This document shows, in pieces, positions 50,769 through 64,000 of a stretch of DNA of 64,000 bases. Below the pieces are notes generated by a model. It saw nothing but the letters and a program-made list of their open reading frames with translations. It ran no database searches and had not been told where the DNA came from. The translations under genes were made by a program, and so were the position numbers. The stretch covers positions 104,780,001 through 104,844,000 of the forward strand of contig NC_091989.1 of assembly GCF_044704955.1 (NCBI RefSeq), in the 5' to 3' direction. The first letter of the stretch is position 1; the number at the start of each line of letters is the position of its first letter. The DNA comes from Pristiophorus japonicus (lineage: Eukaryota).

Positions 50769-51877
50769 GTAAGTCTGGTATTCTGGACAGGGTATCATGA
50801 AGGTAGATTTTGACTTTGTGAGATAGCGTGACATGGGTCATAACGACTTGCCAGCACCTTTTACATCTCTCGATAAACCCGGAAGTGATGTAACACGGGC
50901 TGCCGACTCAGTATCGCACAAAGTCAAGGTCGAGCCCCATGTTTCCTGTAGCAGCAGGTATCTCGATACAACAGTTTTACTGTGCGACCCCACGAGCTCT
51001 ACTACATGTAATGTATTTCATTTTATCGGTATATGCTCATTTTTTTGTGAAAAAAAGTTGGCAGCCGAGCTTCTGATTAAAATCACATCAATAAATATTT
51101 AATAATGATGACATGAAACCAGGGTATTAGTACAGATTGAATTAATAAAAGCAAAGGATTGTGAGGTAGATCTTGTAAAATGGTGACGGCGAGTTGGCAG
51201 TCTGATTTATATCTCTCACCGTTGAAGTCAATGGCAATAAATATCGGGGGAGCTGTAAAACAGGCTGCTCCCTCGCTATCAACCATCTTACACTATCACA
51301 CAAAGTCACGATCTAGCCCACTCTCCTCAGAGGAAAAAGATCCAAAGTGTTTACTAGGAATAAACTTTGTCCTGTTTAAAAATATATTATTTCTAGTGAT
51401 ACATTTGAAATTGTGGGATGATTCCAGCCCATTTGAGTTTAAATTAGTATCTGCCGTGTGCAACGTCTTGAGAATATTACCTTCGCCACAGAGCGCGTGG
51501 GATAGATTTTCAATGTGCCACCCAGGTATAAAACTATCATTGCGAATCAGCCGTCCCTGTAGAAGCCGCCTGGGCGGTGGGTTGAAAATCTAACCCATCA
51601 TAATGCTAGCTTTTTATTGCAATCTGCTATTTGTGTTTGTAACATGGAGTTTATTCAATAAAATATGTTCAGTGCAATATCTCTGAACGTGATTATTTCA
51701 CTTATATCATTGATAGCACCGGTAAGATTATGGGGAAATTAAATGATTTCTATTTAAAATTCAGCGGTTTTCAGAGTCCATGGAAGTAATTTTAACTTCG
51801 GGCGATGGTGTGAATCGGGTGATCTTGAATTAGCCGCGCCTGATTATCCTTTCCATTGAAATAAATGAAAATGGGTG

Positions 51878-52464
51878 TTAGTGTTAGTGTTTGTCAGAAG
51901 AATCACTCAACACTCAGAGTCGGTTCCAACGCCAGTGCGGCCTTTATTTACGCCAGCGGGGAGGAAATCACAAGACTAAGTCCAGGCTTCTCTCTGCTGA
52001 ACAAAGGGTTTCATGGATCTCTTTATATGTTTTACAACAGTTTACTACAATTACATACAACAGTTTACTACAGTTACATTAGACCAATAGCGTTAGTCTC
52101 TAAACGTAAAGTGGCTCATGTGTTGCCAAGAGATGTGTTGCTAAGGGGTGTGTTGCTAGGGATGACTCATGTGTCTTGTAACATGGCCTGGGCCTCTCTT
52201 ATCTTACTGTCCTTGGATGCTGGCATTGGGTAGCCTCCTTATCTCCATCCTGCTACAGAGCCGTATTGTTACTAGAACATTTGGTCCTGAGGCCTAGCTG
52301 ATTAGAGACACCTGCAGAGCTTGCTTGCTGGTCCTGTGAGTGGGAAACAACAAGTATCAGTCTCCAGGAATGCGGTCTATTTCAGCTAACATAAATCCTT
52401 TGAGGCTTCACTGGTAGCCATTTTATGGTACAAGTTACATATTTAATTCTAACCTTATCCTACA
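51878..52464 (-). mobile_element. Probable solo LTR
   Basis: About 580 bp ending ...CCTACA. AATAAA on the - strand near 51943. Internal short tandem repeats. Possible 4-bp TSD GGTG. The left terminus is uncertain. Confidence 0.5.
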
Positions 52465-52659
52465 GGTGCCGTTGCCCTAGGGTGCCTAATACCTACAACA
52501 ATGGGGCTTGGTGTTTAAGGGACGGCCAATTCAATATCGCCTATTTTATACCATCGCCCACAGTTAAAATTGCCCCCATGTTGCCTTTCATCTGATGTTT
52601 TGTTAATATTCTCTCCCTGGGCTCCTATTAGTTAGATTACGAGAAGAAACAGATTCTCT

Positions 52660-52915
52660 GGGGATCTGATCAATGACTGTGCCCTGACGACTTGATCAAT
52701 GATCCTCCTTTGGACCCGATCAGGGGACAGGATTAGTGACCCTCGCCCCCACCACCCCCGCGCCCAATCAGTGACTCTGCTCCAAGGACTGGGTGAATGA
52801 CTCTTCCTTTGGGGACCCGATCAATGATTTCGCTCGGATCCTCATCAATGAACCTCCTCTGAGGATTTGTTTAACAACCTTTCTCCGGGGATCTGACCAA
52901 TGACCCTCCTTTTCC
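52660..52915. repeat. Degenerate minisatellite (~25-bp units with a GATCAATGA core)
   Basis: GATCAATGA/ATCAGTGA/ACCAATGA recurs about 9 times, each followed by a CT-rich spacer. Confidence 0.6.
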
Positions 52916-53199
52916 AAATAGTGTTGAACTTATGCTACTGGTCCTCCTCATCTGAACAGTTGTACCGGTGCCCGAAGAAGACAATGGCAATAAAAACCGG
53001 GAGTGTAATCTGCACACTGAGAACATGGGCACAGAGTTGCTGTACAATCCAGGCAGTGCCCAGTGCACCGCTCTCACCAAAGTGAATGCAATGGATTCTC
53101 GTTAACTGATGACGTTGCCAAAAATATTTTAATAGTTCAATAAATCTAAAGCCAATTGACCTTAATAATGCACTATCTCAACTAGATATCTCCACTCTA

Positions 53200-53730
53200 G
53201 CCACAGCTAGAGTCCTGTATGCAGTTCTGGTCACTACATTACATGAAAGATGTGATTGCATTAGATAGAGCATAGAGGAGATTTATGAGGATGTTGCCTG
53301 GACTGGAGAATTTTAGCTATAAGTAAAGATTGGATAGGCTGGGGTTGTTTTCTTTGGACCAGTGGAGGCTGAGGGGAGACCTTATTGAGGTGTATAAAAT
53401 TATGAGGGGCTAGAAAGGGTGGATTGGAATGACCTGTTTCCCTTAGCAGAGGGGTCAACAACCAGGGCGCATAGATTTAAAATAAATTGGTAAGAGGTTT
53501 AGAGGGGATTTGAGAGGATATTTTTTCACCCAGAGGGTGGTGGGTGTCTGGAATTCACTCCCTGAAAAGGTGGTAGAGGAAGAAATCTTCATCATATTTT
53601 AAAAGGTACCTGGATATGCATTTGAAGTGCCGTATCTACAAGGCTACGGACCAAGAGCTGGAAAGTGCGATTGGGCTGGATAGCTCTTTGTCTGCCGGCA
53701 TGGATATGCTGGGCCGAAATGGCCTCCTTC
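53200..53730 (+). mobile_element. CR1 3' fragment
   Basis: Decayed ORF2 C-terminus (QFWS...RLRGDLIEVYKIM...FFTQRVV) plus 3'UTR. Confidence 0.8.
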
Positions 53731-54799
53731 CCTAAATGTCTACCTAGAATTTCCAAACAGCCCGCCCAATTGCCACCCAAAATACCGCTAAGATTCTGAA
53801 GATTATCATGGGTGAAAATTTCCCCCTCAAAATTAAAAAATCCGCCGAATGAAAAACATGGGCATTGCACCCCCATTCTGGGTGAAAAAGTGGAATTTAG
53901 GGTCGATTGGGCAGTTCCTAAAGAAAATGAGTGATAAATTAAAAAATCACTAAAAATTTACCCCGAGATTGCGCATTGGGCCTAGCAGCAGAAAAACATT
54001 AAAAATAGTTTTTCAAAAACCATCACGTAAAAAAATCCTTCAAACATTCTCAAGATCTTTTTAGACTAAATCACTACAACAGATTTTTAAAATAATGAGT
54101 AAAAAAAACAATTTTCTGGTAGAGCTGCTCACCTACCGCCCAGCTCTGCTGATCCTCATGGGCGTTTTTTATCATACTCACTTATGGGTCACCGCTCAGC
54201 CAAATATCGTGCCAGGGCGATTTGAGGACAGTGCACGTTGGCGGTCCGCTCCCCAGCGGTACCTCGAAACCGCCGGCGTAACTCAGGTAAGCCATTGGAA
54301 ATTCTTAAAGATTCTATCAAATCAAATACACTTGAAAACATCCCTGATGAACAAGACTGATGCCCGAATTTTACATTGTAGTTTATGCAATGCGACCATT
54401 GGGTAGTAATAACATTAAGTGACTGGGTAGAATTTTACTGGAGGGTTTTCCTGATTTTCCAACATAACTTTGTGAAAATTTTGCCAGAACCCCAGAGAAA
54501 CAGGTTATACGGCCATTCCCAGCGTTTCTCTGGGGTTTCGCAGATTTACCGCTGCAGTTGGGGCCGACCATCGGACGAGAGCGTTCCAATCTAGCAGCTC
54601 AATCATGTAATTGGCAGTACTGTTGGTCAGTTCTAGAGATGTACAGTCAATAATTCAGGCAAGGGTCTGCCAATTTCCCACGTAACTTCAGTGGGAGATC
54701 CATGAAATCTGGAAAGAAAGGGTAAACTTTTACTTGCGAAAATCGGCGTTAATGGGGTGGTATGGGTCCAAAAATGGTTTCTGTAGCCCTACCTTAGGA

Positions 54800-55945
54800 T
54801 CAGGAATAGACAATCCAGCCTCTGGAACCTGCTCCACCATTCAATTAGATCATGGCTGATCTGCACCTCAACTCCATTTAACTGCCTTAGCACCGGATCC
54901 CTTGATATCATGACCTAACAAAAATCTATCATCTTAATCTTGAACGCTTCAATTGTCCAAGCATCCACAGACCTTTGGGGAGACAGTTCCATATTTCTCC
55001 AGCCCTTTGTGTGAAAAATGGCTTCCTGATTTCGCACTTGAATGGCCTGGCTCTACTTTTAAAATTATGTCCCCTTGTTCTGGATTCCCCGTCAGAGGAA
55101 ATATACCCTATCGAATCCTTTTAACTGCTGGAAGGAGCAGGAGTGCCCCTTCTGGCTTCACAGAAGTACTGCAGGCCTTTGCCAGCCTGGCCTTTCACCA
55201 TTAGCATCATGACCAATACCCACTCTCCCTGCCATGGGCACCTACCTTTATGTAACCGCCGGTTTACAAATATATAAATAACTAAACGTAATGATGTAGG
55301 TTAATAAGGTCATTTGAAAAAGCAAAACCACACACTGAGATTCATTTTTAGAGAGATAGAATTGGAAAGCAGTGACGTTATGTTCAACTTGTATCGAACC
55401 TTGGTTAGACTACAATTGGAGTATTGTGTACAATTCTGGTCTCCATATTATAAAAGCGGCACTGGAGAAGGTGCAAAAATGATTCGCAACTATACCAGAA
55501 TGGAAAGGATATACTTAGCAGGAAAGGTTGAATTGGCTCGGGCTCCTTTCTCTAGACAAGGGAAGGCTAAGCGGTGACATAATAGAGGTCATTAAGATTA
55601 TGAAAGGTTTTGATAGGGTAGACTTAGAGAAAATGTTTCCACTTGTGGGGATTAAAAAAACTAGAGTTCGTAAATATAAAATAGTCACTGATAAATCAAA
55701 CAGGGAATTCAGGAGAATTCTTTACTCAAAGAGTGGTAAGAATGTGAGCGCACTCAAATAAGGAGTAGTTGAGATGAATAGCTTAGATGCATTAAAGTGG
55801 ATAGCTTGATAAGCACATGAGGAAGAAAGGAATAAAATGATATGCTGATAGGTGAAGAAGGTTGGGAGGAGGCTCATGTGAAGCATAAACGTCAGTGTAG
55901 ACCAGTTGGTTCAAATAATTTGTTTCAGTGCTGTAGACCTGTGTA
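54800..55945. mobile_element. CR1 fragments (- at about 54800-55120; + at about 55314-55945)
   Basis: LYRTLVRLQLEYCVQFWSP and GDIIEVIKIMKGFDRVD motifs. Confidence 0.75.
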
Positions 55946-56099
55946 GTTGTATGTAATTATATGTAATGTAAATCAGAGCATGCTGAAAACACTCAGTGGG
56001 TCAATCAGCATTTTCCAAGAGAACAGAGAAATTAAATTAAAAACAAAATACTGCAGATGCTGGAAATCTGAAATAAAAACAGGGCCTATTAGAGACCAT

Positions 56100-59000
56100 G
56101 GGGCTAGAATCGGCACTTTTTTTGCATGCTTAATGCCCACTTAACGTCCATTTTACTGCTGAAATGACGTATAACGCCCAGATATTGCCCATTTTGGCAC
56201 AAAATGGAACAGACGGGCATTTTTCGGAAACTTATCACCGAGCGTTACTTTCCCCACGTGCTTAATGCGGGGGGAAAATATTACATAAGAATATAAGAAC
56301 ATAAGAAATAGGAACAGGAGTAGGCCATACGGCCCCTTGAGCCTGCTCCGCCATTCAATAACATCACGGCTGATCTGATCATGGATTCTGCTCCACTTTC
56401 CCCCATGGATTCTGTACCCCATTATTACCGCCCGCCCAACTTTTTGGGGCATAATCAGCAGAATGGGTGAAATCAACGGCCATAATATCACCCGGCGTTC
56501 CTTTCTGCACCGAATTAACACCGAGATTCAATACTAAAGCCAGCCCACTGTTTTTTGTTATAAAGAGCATATTTACCCAAATTAGCAGCAATGGAGATCG
56601 CCCATTGTCAATTTCACCACCTCACACACATATCGCCCACAATATCGCTCGACAAAAAAACGCCCACAAAAAGTGGAAGTAAGCGGAACGAACGCCAGCG
56701 GTGTGGCTGAGGCATTTGTTAAATCCCACTCTTTCTTGTGGAGCTGGTAGATGAAAGATTTGCCTGATGGTGCACTCATGTGAGTGACAACGCTGACACA
56801 CTGCTGTGTGTGTGCAGCTCAGACATCAATGGTGCCCATCACCTTGGTGCCAGTTAAAGATTACGTTGATTGATGTTAAGTTGTATTTAACTCTTTCATG
56901 TAATGGTCCAGCTATCTGAGAAAATGCACAACAAGGTTATGTTCAATAACAAAAATGTAATACCAACATTGGTCTGAAATCATAAGTATCACAGCCAATA
57001 ACACCCAACCATGCCCACACCCCACTTTTTCCACATTTGAGGCCGGCTTGAACGGTACTGTTCTAACATGGTTAATTCCATTGCCTGCCATGAAGTCCTG
57101 GAATTCAGTGCTTGTGAAGCACGGGCCATTGTTGCTGACCAAGATGTCCGGTAGACCGTGGGTGGCGAACATTGACCGTAGACTTTCTACCGTGGCAGAG
57201 GATGTGCTTGAATTTAAAATGTCACACTCGATCCATTTGGAGTAGGCGTCTACTACAACCAAAAACATTTTCCCCATGAAAGGACCTGCGTAGTCCACAT
57301 GGATGCGTAACCAAGGCTTGGCGGACCATGGCCAGGGGCTAAGGGGGGCTTCCCTGGGCGCATGGCCCAGCTGGGCACACGTGTTGCACCTGCGAACACA
57401 AAGTTCCAGATCTGCGTCTATCCCTGGCCACCAAACGTGTGACCTGACAATTGCCTTCATCGTGACAATGCCCGGGTGCCCATTGTGGAGTTCTCTGATG
57501 AACACTTCTCTGCCCATCTGGGGCATGACTACGTGGTTTCCCCACAGTAGGCAATCGGCCTGAATCAAGAGTTCATCCTTGCGCCTGTGAAATGGTTTAA
57601 ATTTCTCAGGGCATGCCCTGTACGTGGCTGCCCAGTCCCCATTCAGGACACATTTCTTGACTAGAGACAATAGCGGGTCTCTATTTGTCCAGACTTTAAT
57701 CTGACGGGCTGTCACGGGTGAGCCTTCGCTTCCGAAAGCTTCAACAGCCATGACCATCTCAGCACCATGCTCGGTAGCCCCCTCAGTGGTGGCTAGTGGG
57801 AGCCTGCTGAGTGCATCGGCGCAGTTTTCGGTGCCCGGTCTGTGCCGAATTGTGTAGTCATAGGCAGCTAACGTGAGTGCCCACCTCTGTATGCGGGCCG
57901 ATGTGTTTGCATTTATGGCCTTGTTGTCGGCCAAAAGGGACGTTAGGGGTTTGTGATCTGTCTCCAGCTCAAATTTCCTGCCAAACAGGTACTGGTGCAT
58001 TTTCTTTACCGCATATACACATGCAAGCGCCTCCTTTTCTACCATCCCATAGCCCCTTTCTGCCTGGGACAGACTCCTGGAGGCATAAGCTACCAGCTGT
58101 AACTGACCCTTGGCATTGACATGCTGCAACATACACCCGACACTATAGGAAGACGCATCGCACGTTAACACAAGTCTCTTACATGAGTCATATAGCGTTA
58201 ACAGGTTGTTGGAACATAACAAATTGCGTGCTCTATTAAAAGCCCTTTCCTGGCTGTCCCCCCAGACCCATTCGCGACCTTTGCATAGGAGCACGTGTAG
58301 CGGCTCTAGCAGCGTGTTCAATTTTGGAAGAAAGTTACCAAAATAGTTCAGGAGCCCCAGGAACGAATGCAGCTCCGTCGTGTTACGGGGTCTGGGTGCT
58401 CTCTGGATCGCTTTCGTCTTGGATGCAGTAGGGCTGATCCCGTCTGCTGCTACCCTCATCCCCAGGAATTCTACCTCTGGAGCTAGGAAGATGCACTTCG
58501 CCTTTTTCAGTCGCAGACCTACCCGGTCCAGTCTGTGTAGCACCTCCTCCAGGTTGTGGAGGTGTTCTTCAGTATCGTAACCCGTAATGAGGATGTCGTC
58601 CTGAAAAATCACCGTCCCTGGAATCGACTTGAGGAGGCTTTCCATATTTCGTTGGAAGATCGCGGCAGCCGAGCGAATCCCGAATGGACATCTGTTGTAC
58701 TCAAACAACCCCTTGTGTGTTGTGATGGTGGTCAGCTTCTTCGATTCACTCGCCAGCTCCTGGGTCATGTAAGCTGAGGTCATGTCCAATTTTGAAAAAA
58801 GTTTGCCACCGGATAGCGTCGCAAAGAGGTCCTCCACTCTCGGTAGCGGGTACTGGTCTTGGAGTGACACCCGATTGATGGTGGCCTTGTAATCGCCACA
58901 TATCCTGACCGACCCATCCGCCTTGAGCACCGGCACAATCGGGCTCGCCCAGTCACTGAATTCGACTGGCGAGATGATGCCTTCCCTCAGCAGGTGGTTC

Positions 59001-61564
59001 AATTCGCCTTCTATCTTTTCCCGCATCATGTACGGCATCGCTCTGGCCTTGTGGTGTACTGGTCTGGCGTCCAGGTTTTTGTGAATCACTACCTTGGCCC
59101 CCATGAAAGTGCCAATGCTGGGTTGAAATAATGAGTCAAATTTGTCCAGGATCTGTGAGCATGATACTCGCTCCACAGAGGAAATTGCATTGACATCGCC
59201 CCATTTCCAGTTCATGACAGCAAGCCAACTCCTCCCCAGTAGTGCGGGACCGTCCCCCGGGACAATCCAGAGTGGCAACCTCTTCTCCGAATCTTTGCCA
59301 ATCGATCGTCCCTGACTGCCCCTGTTATTGTCCTTCAGTGCACCATTAACAGGTGTTGATGGCCCCATTACTGGCCGCAATAGCGTGAATCGCTGTTCAG
59401 CTTGCCATTGTCTCTGTCGAACTCCTCCTCTGGGTTAGACTACATGTTGGGGCATGCCTGACTGCCCTTGTCTGCCTGGAGAACTGTGTGCTGCTTTAAC
59501 AATGTTGAATCTCTGTCCCAACCATTCCTTAACACAGTACCTCTCGTCTGTTCTGCTAGTGGCCATGCTCGCGTGGTTTAAATCCCAGTTTCTTGTCGCC
59601 ATTGATACGTCCTTACTACACAGTATAAATGCACACAAGGCCCATGCTTGAGAGAAGGTCAGTCTGTGACCTGTCCTTTATTCCTTAGCACTCAAGTGAT
59701 GAAGGTGGGTGGAGCTTCCCCTTTTATGCCTGAAGGTCCAGGTTAGGAGTGTCTCCCACCTAGTGGTCAGTGTTCTCATGGTGTACAACTTAGGTCAGTT
59801 TATACATGGGTTACAATGCTGGTTGAATACATGACAGGCGCCATCCTGGGGTCAAAAGGGGAGCCTTGTGGCGAGGTGCTTGGGGCCGGTACCTCCAGAG
59901 TGGAGGCGGGAATGACCAGAGGATGACTAGATGGCCTTGGGGTGAAAGGGCTTCTGGAGCGTGGCGATGCAGGTTCTTCGAAGTCCGTGCTCTCATCTGT
60001 ACAGAACAGATCCAGCGGATTAATGGGCGAGAATCGGAGCTCCTCAGCACCAGATGTCATAGGATCGTCTGCCGACTCCTGCCCCACACCCCCACCTTCT
60101 GGTCTCTATGGTCTTGCCTGGGGCCGTGCTACTGGCTGAACTGCAAAACACAAATGAGGTTATTAGAGAAGAAGTGGGTGCTCGGGTCACAAGGTGAGTC
60201 CAGCGCTACACACAGCATATGCACGACAGAAGCACCACCCATATCAAAATCATCACAGACATCACATTTCATGACCAACAACACATGTACATTGCAATGA
60301 TTTTCATTAGGCCAGCATTATTTCTAGGACAATTTTAGAAATCATCTATCATATATGATTGTTCGGGTCTAGCATCTATTGACTTTACATAACGTAATGG
60401 TGTAAGCTTTACTCATGTGGCATCACTTCAGGATCTGCAGATGCATCCGTGACCATCTGAGGGTGCTTCCCCATGAATGCGAGCACACGCTCCTCCATGT
60501 CAATGATGTCGCTGGGAACTGACCCCCACCTGTTCACCTCTGCATGAATCTCATCGCTGATAGCTTTTTCTGTAAAAGGTGACAGGGCGACATGGCATGA
60601 GATCATTGCATGATATCATTGCTAGGTAATGGCACAGACACTGATACAACACATAACCGACAGATGTAATCATCATTATTATGCTAATTATCATTCTTTA
60701 CCATGACCGCAGGCTTTGAGTAAAACATTCCCGGTAAAAGTGCAAGACCACACATCTGCTGATAGTCACTCATGACGGTTACAAATCAAATGATATAAAT
60801 ACTTAAGTACATGTAAATGAATGTAATACTCTTGCAGATCCCACAAGGTCCTTCCATCGTTTGCGGCATTGGTTGCCCTCACTCACCTCGTTGGTTACCA
60901 ACGAGACCACCTCTGCTATCTCGGTTCATATCCTCTGGTATGCCTTTGGGGTGGGCTTCCCACGCCCTCCCTGTATCAAATCACCCCAGCGTAACTCGAC
61001 CTCCTGCAAGAGGGAGGCATTTGCCTCATCCGACAAGCTCCTCGCTCTATTGCGGCCTCCAATGTGCTCCTCTCCCAGCTCACTGATCTCTCCAGTGTCA
61101 GTCTCCACAGCGTGCTGTGATGTCTCCTCCTCTCTCTCGATTATCGACCAAATTCCATCAAATATGTGGCTGGAAACACCTACTTTTTGTTTGGCTACTT
61201 GCTGTGAAGCTCTAAAGTCTCGCTCCTTCCTCCCAAAGCAGCCACACCACACCCAGCCACGCCTTCAGTCCCTCTGACCTCCCTCTCTCTTTGTCGCCTA
61301 TTCTGCTAATGTCATGGTGACCCTTGGCCTTCGGAATCACGGCAATGGAGCATTGCCATGCCGTTGCTAAGGATGGCCACACTTTATGGCAGAAGGTCAA
61401 AAAAATTTTACGATACCGCCCATTTTATATCGCTTGCAGTAACGCCCATTTTCAAAAATGTAAACTAGGTGTTTTGAGAATGGGCCAGAAGCCGGCGATC
61501 TCAAAACCCTTTTCATCGCCCACGCCAGAAAAATCACCAACACAAAAGTGGAGGTTCTAGCCCC
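56100..61564 (-). mobile_element. Harbinger-like DNA transposon remnant hosting Gypsy D
   Basis: Imperfect inverted ends GGGGCTAGAA...CACTTTT at 56100 and 61564. Myb/SANT-like exon at about 60840-61250 (RARSLSDEANASLLQEVELRW...CRKRWKDL). Weak transposase-like PKVMGTID near 56830. The TSD is not clean. Confidence 0.5.
57036..59836 (-). mobile_element. Gypsy LTR retrotransposon D: 5' LTR, deleted gag/protease, open RT-RNase H-partial integrase
   Basis: LTR 59603-59836 and PBS TGGCGACAAG at 59592-59601. The 822-aa ORF 56912-59380 contains FQDD, TCDAS, ETDHKPL, HPG...WWPG...C..C and HVDYAGP. Homology ends at PASN near 57036. Confidence 0.9.
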
Positions 61565-61581
61565 ATAAAGGTAATCTGTGA

Positions 61582-63530
61582 ATCATAGAAACATAGAAAA
61601 TAGGTGCAGGAGTAGGCCATTCGGCCCTTCAAGCTGCACCACCATTCAATAAAGTCATGGCTGATCATTCTCTCAGTACCCCTTTCCTGCTTTCTCTCCA
61701 TACCCCTTGATCCACTTAGCCGTAAGGGCCATATCTAACTCCTTCTTGAATATATCCAATGAACTGGCATCAACAACTCTCTGCGGCAGGGAATTCCACA
61801 GGTTAACAACTCTCTGAGTGAAGAAGTTTCTCCTCATCTCAGTCCTAAATGGCCTACCCCTTATCCTAAGACTGTGTCCCCTGGTTCTGGACTTCCCCAA
61901 CATCGGAGCATTCAACCCGCATCTCACCTGTCCTCTCCCATCAAAATCTTATATGTTTCTAAGAGATTCCCTCTCATCCTGCTAAACTCCAATGTATAAA
62001 GGTCCAATTGATCCAGTCTCTCCTCATATGTCAGTCCTGCCATCCCGGGAATCAGTCTGGTGAACCTTCGCTGCACTCCCTCAATAGCAAGAACGTCTTT
62101 CCTCAGATTAGGAGATCAAAACTGAACACAATATTCCAGGTGAGGTCTCACCCAGGCCCTGTACAACTGCAGTAAGACCTCCCTGCTCATATACTCAAAT
62201 CCGCTAGCTATGAAGGCCAACATACCATTTGCCTTCTTTACCGCCTGCTGTACCTGTATGCCAACTTTCAATGACTGATGAACCATGACACCCAGGTCTC
62301 ATTGCACCTCCCCTTTTCCTAATCTGCCGGCATTCAGACAATATTCTGCCTCAGTGTTTTTGCCCCCAAAGTGGATGACCTCACATTTATCCACATTATA
62401 CTGCATTGCCATGCATTTGCCCACTCACCTAGCCTGTCCAAGTCACCCTGCAGCCTCCTAGCCTCCCCCTCACAGTTCACATCGCCAACCAGTTTACTGT
62501 CATCTGCAAATTTGGAGATATACACTCAATTCCTTCATCCAAATCATTGATGTGTATTGTAAACAGCTGGGGTCCCAGCACTGTCCCTGCGGCTCTCCAC
62601 TAGTCACTGCATGCCATTCTGACTCACTGCTTCCTGTCTGCAAACCAGTTCTCTATCCATGTCAGTATATTACCCCCAATACCATGTGCTTTGATTTTGC
62701 ACACCAACCTCGTGTGGGACCTTGTCAAAAGCCTTTTTAAAGTCCAAATATACCACATCCACTGATTCTCCCTTGTCCACTCTACTAGTTACATCCTCAA
62801 AAAATTTCCAGAAGATTTGTCAAACATGATTTCCCCTTCATAAATCCATGCTGACTTGGACCGATCCTGTCACTGCTTTCCAAATGCATTGCTATTTCAT
62901 CCTTAATAATTGAGTCCAACATTTTCCCCACTACTGATGTCAGGCTAACCGGTCTATAATTACCCGCTTTCTCTCTCCCTCCCTTTTTAAAAAGTGGTGT
63001 TACATTAGCTACCCTCCAGTCCATAGGAACTGATCCAGAGTCAATAGACTGTTGGAAAATGATCACCAATGCATCCACTATTTCTAGGACCACTTCCTTA
63101 AGTACTCTGGGATGCAGACGATCAGACCCCGAGGGTTTATTGGCCTTCAATCCCATCAATTTCCCTAACACAATTTCCCACCTAATAAGGATATCCATCA
63201 GTTCCTCCTTCTCACTAGACCCTCGGTCCCCTAGTACTTCCGGAAGGTTATTTGTGTCTTCCTTCGTGAAGACAGAACCAAAGTATTTGTTCAATTGGTC
63301 TGCCATTTCTTTGTTCCCGATTATAAATTCACCTGAATCCGACTGCAAGGGACCTACGTTTGTCTTCACTATTTTTTTTCTTTTCGCATATCGATAGAAG
63401 CTTTTGCAGTCAGTTTTTATGTTCCCAGCAAGCTTCTTCTTGTACTCTATTTTCCCCCTCTTAATTTAACCCTTTGTCCTCCTCTGCTGAATTCTAAATT
63501 TCTCCCAGTCCTCAGGTTTGTTGCTGTTTC
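61582..63530 (-). mobile_element. 5'-truncated CR1 LINE
   Basis: (ATAGAAAC)n tail. RT ORF pieces at 62797-63369, 62334-62525 and 61673-61927. Confidence 0.9.
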
Positions 63531-63542
63531 TCGACAATTTAT

Positions 63543-64000
63543 ATGGAGGCAGAAGAGGCGGGTATGGTTCTTAATGAATACTTGGCACCTGTTTTCACAA
63601 AAGAGAGGGGCAATGCAGACATTGCAATCAGGGAGGAGGATTGTGAAATATTGGATGAAATAAACATAGTGAGCGAGGAAGTTTTCAGGGGTTTAGCAGC
63701 TTTGAAAGAGGATAAATCCCCAGGCCTGAGAGAAATGCATCCCAGGCTGTTAAGAGAAGCAAAAGAGGAAATAGCAGAGGTCTGACCATCATTTTTAAAT
63801 CCTCTCTGGCTACAGGTGTGGTGCTGGAGGACTGGAGGACTGCTAATGTTGTACCTTTGCTTAAAAAGGGAGAAAGGGATAGACCAAGTAATTACAGGCC
63901 AGTCAGCCTAACCTCGGTGGTAGGAAAATTATTGGGAAAAATTCTGAGGAACAGGATAAATCTTCAACTAGAAAGACACGGATTAATCAAGGACAGTAAG
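63543..64000 (+). mobile_element. CR1 ORF2 fragment running off the window
   Basis: LNEYLAPVFT...KSPG...HPRLLRE and NYRPVSLTSVVGK motifs. Confidence 0.85.

Noticed and set aside
52660-52915. CRISPR-like repeat-spacer appearance
   Set aside because: The context is eukaryotic, the units are degenerate, and the spacers resemble each other. It is a minisatellite.

Overview
This is repeat-dense vertebrate genomic DNA. The repeat families and the gene style point to a cartilaginous fish (inference). Most of the window is decayed mobile DNA: many CR1 LINE copies (one near full-length), RTE and Tx1-like LINE fragments, four Gypsy LTR retrotransposons (one nested in another, with TSDs intact), Harbinger-like remnants, and an internally deleted class III (tRNA-Ser-primed) endogenous retrovirus at 31928-36603. 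One host gene lies on the + strand, starting ~420 bp downstream of the ERV 3' LTR. It is an Ig-superfamily receptor with a split leader (37020-37074), a compact germline-joined V-J exon (37286-37591), a C1 exon (40573-40869), a second C1 exon carrying a +1 frameshift (47784/47817-48114) and a TM exon (48799-48898). This is a non-rearranging, antigen-receptor/SIRP-like architecture. Best leads: (1) this receptor, with a CDR2-less VNAR-sized V domain and a possible V-C1-TM versus truncated splice switch; (2) an intronic CR1 copy with about 30 clustered A-to-G changes, which looks like a genomic fossil of ADAR RNA hyper-editing; (3) an intron block duplicated far more recently than the exons it precedes; (4) an ERV LTR next to the promoter; (5) a twin-primed RTE insertion. 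All calls were made by eye without database searches.
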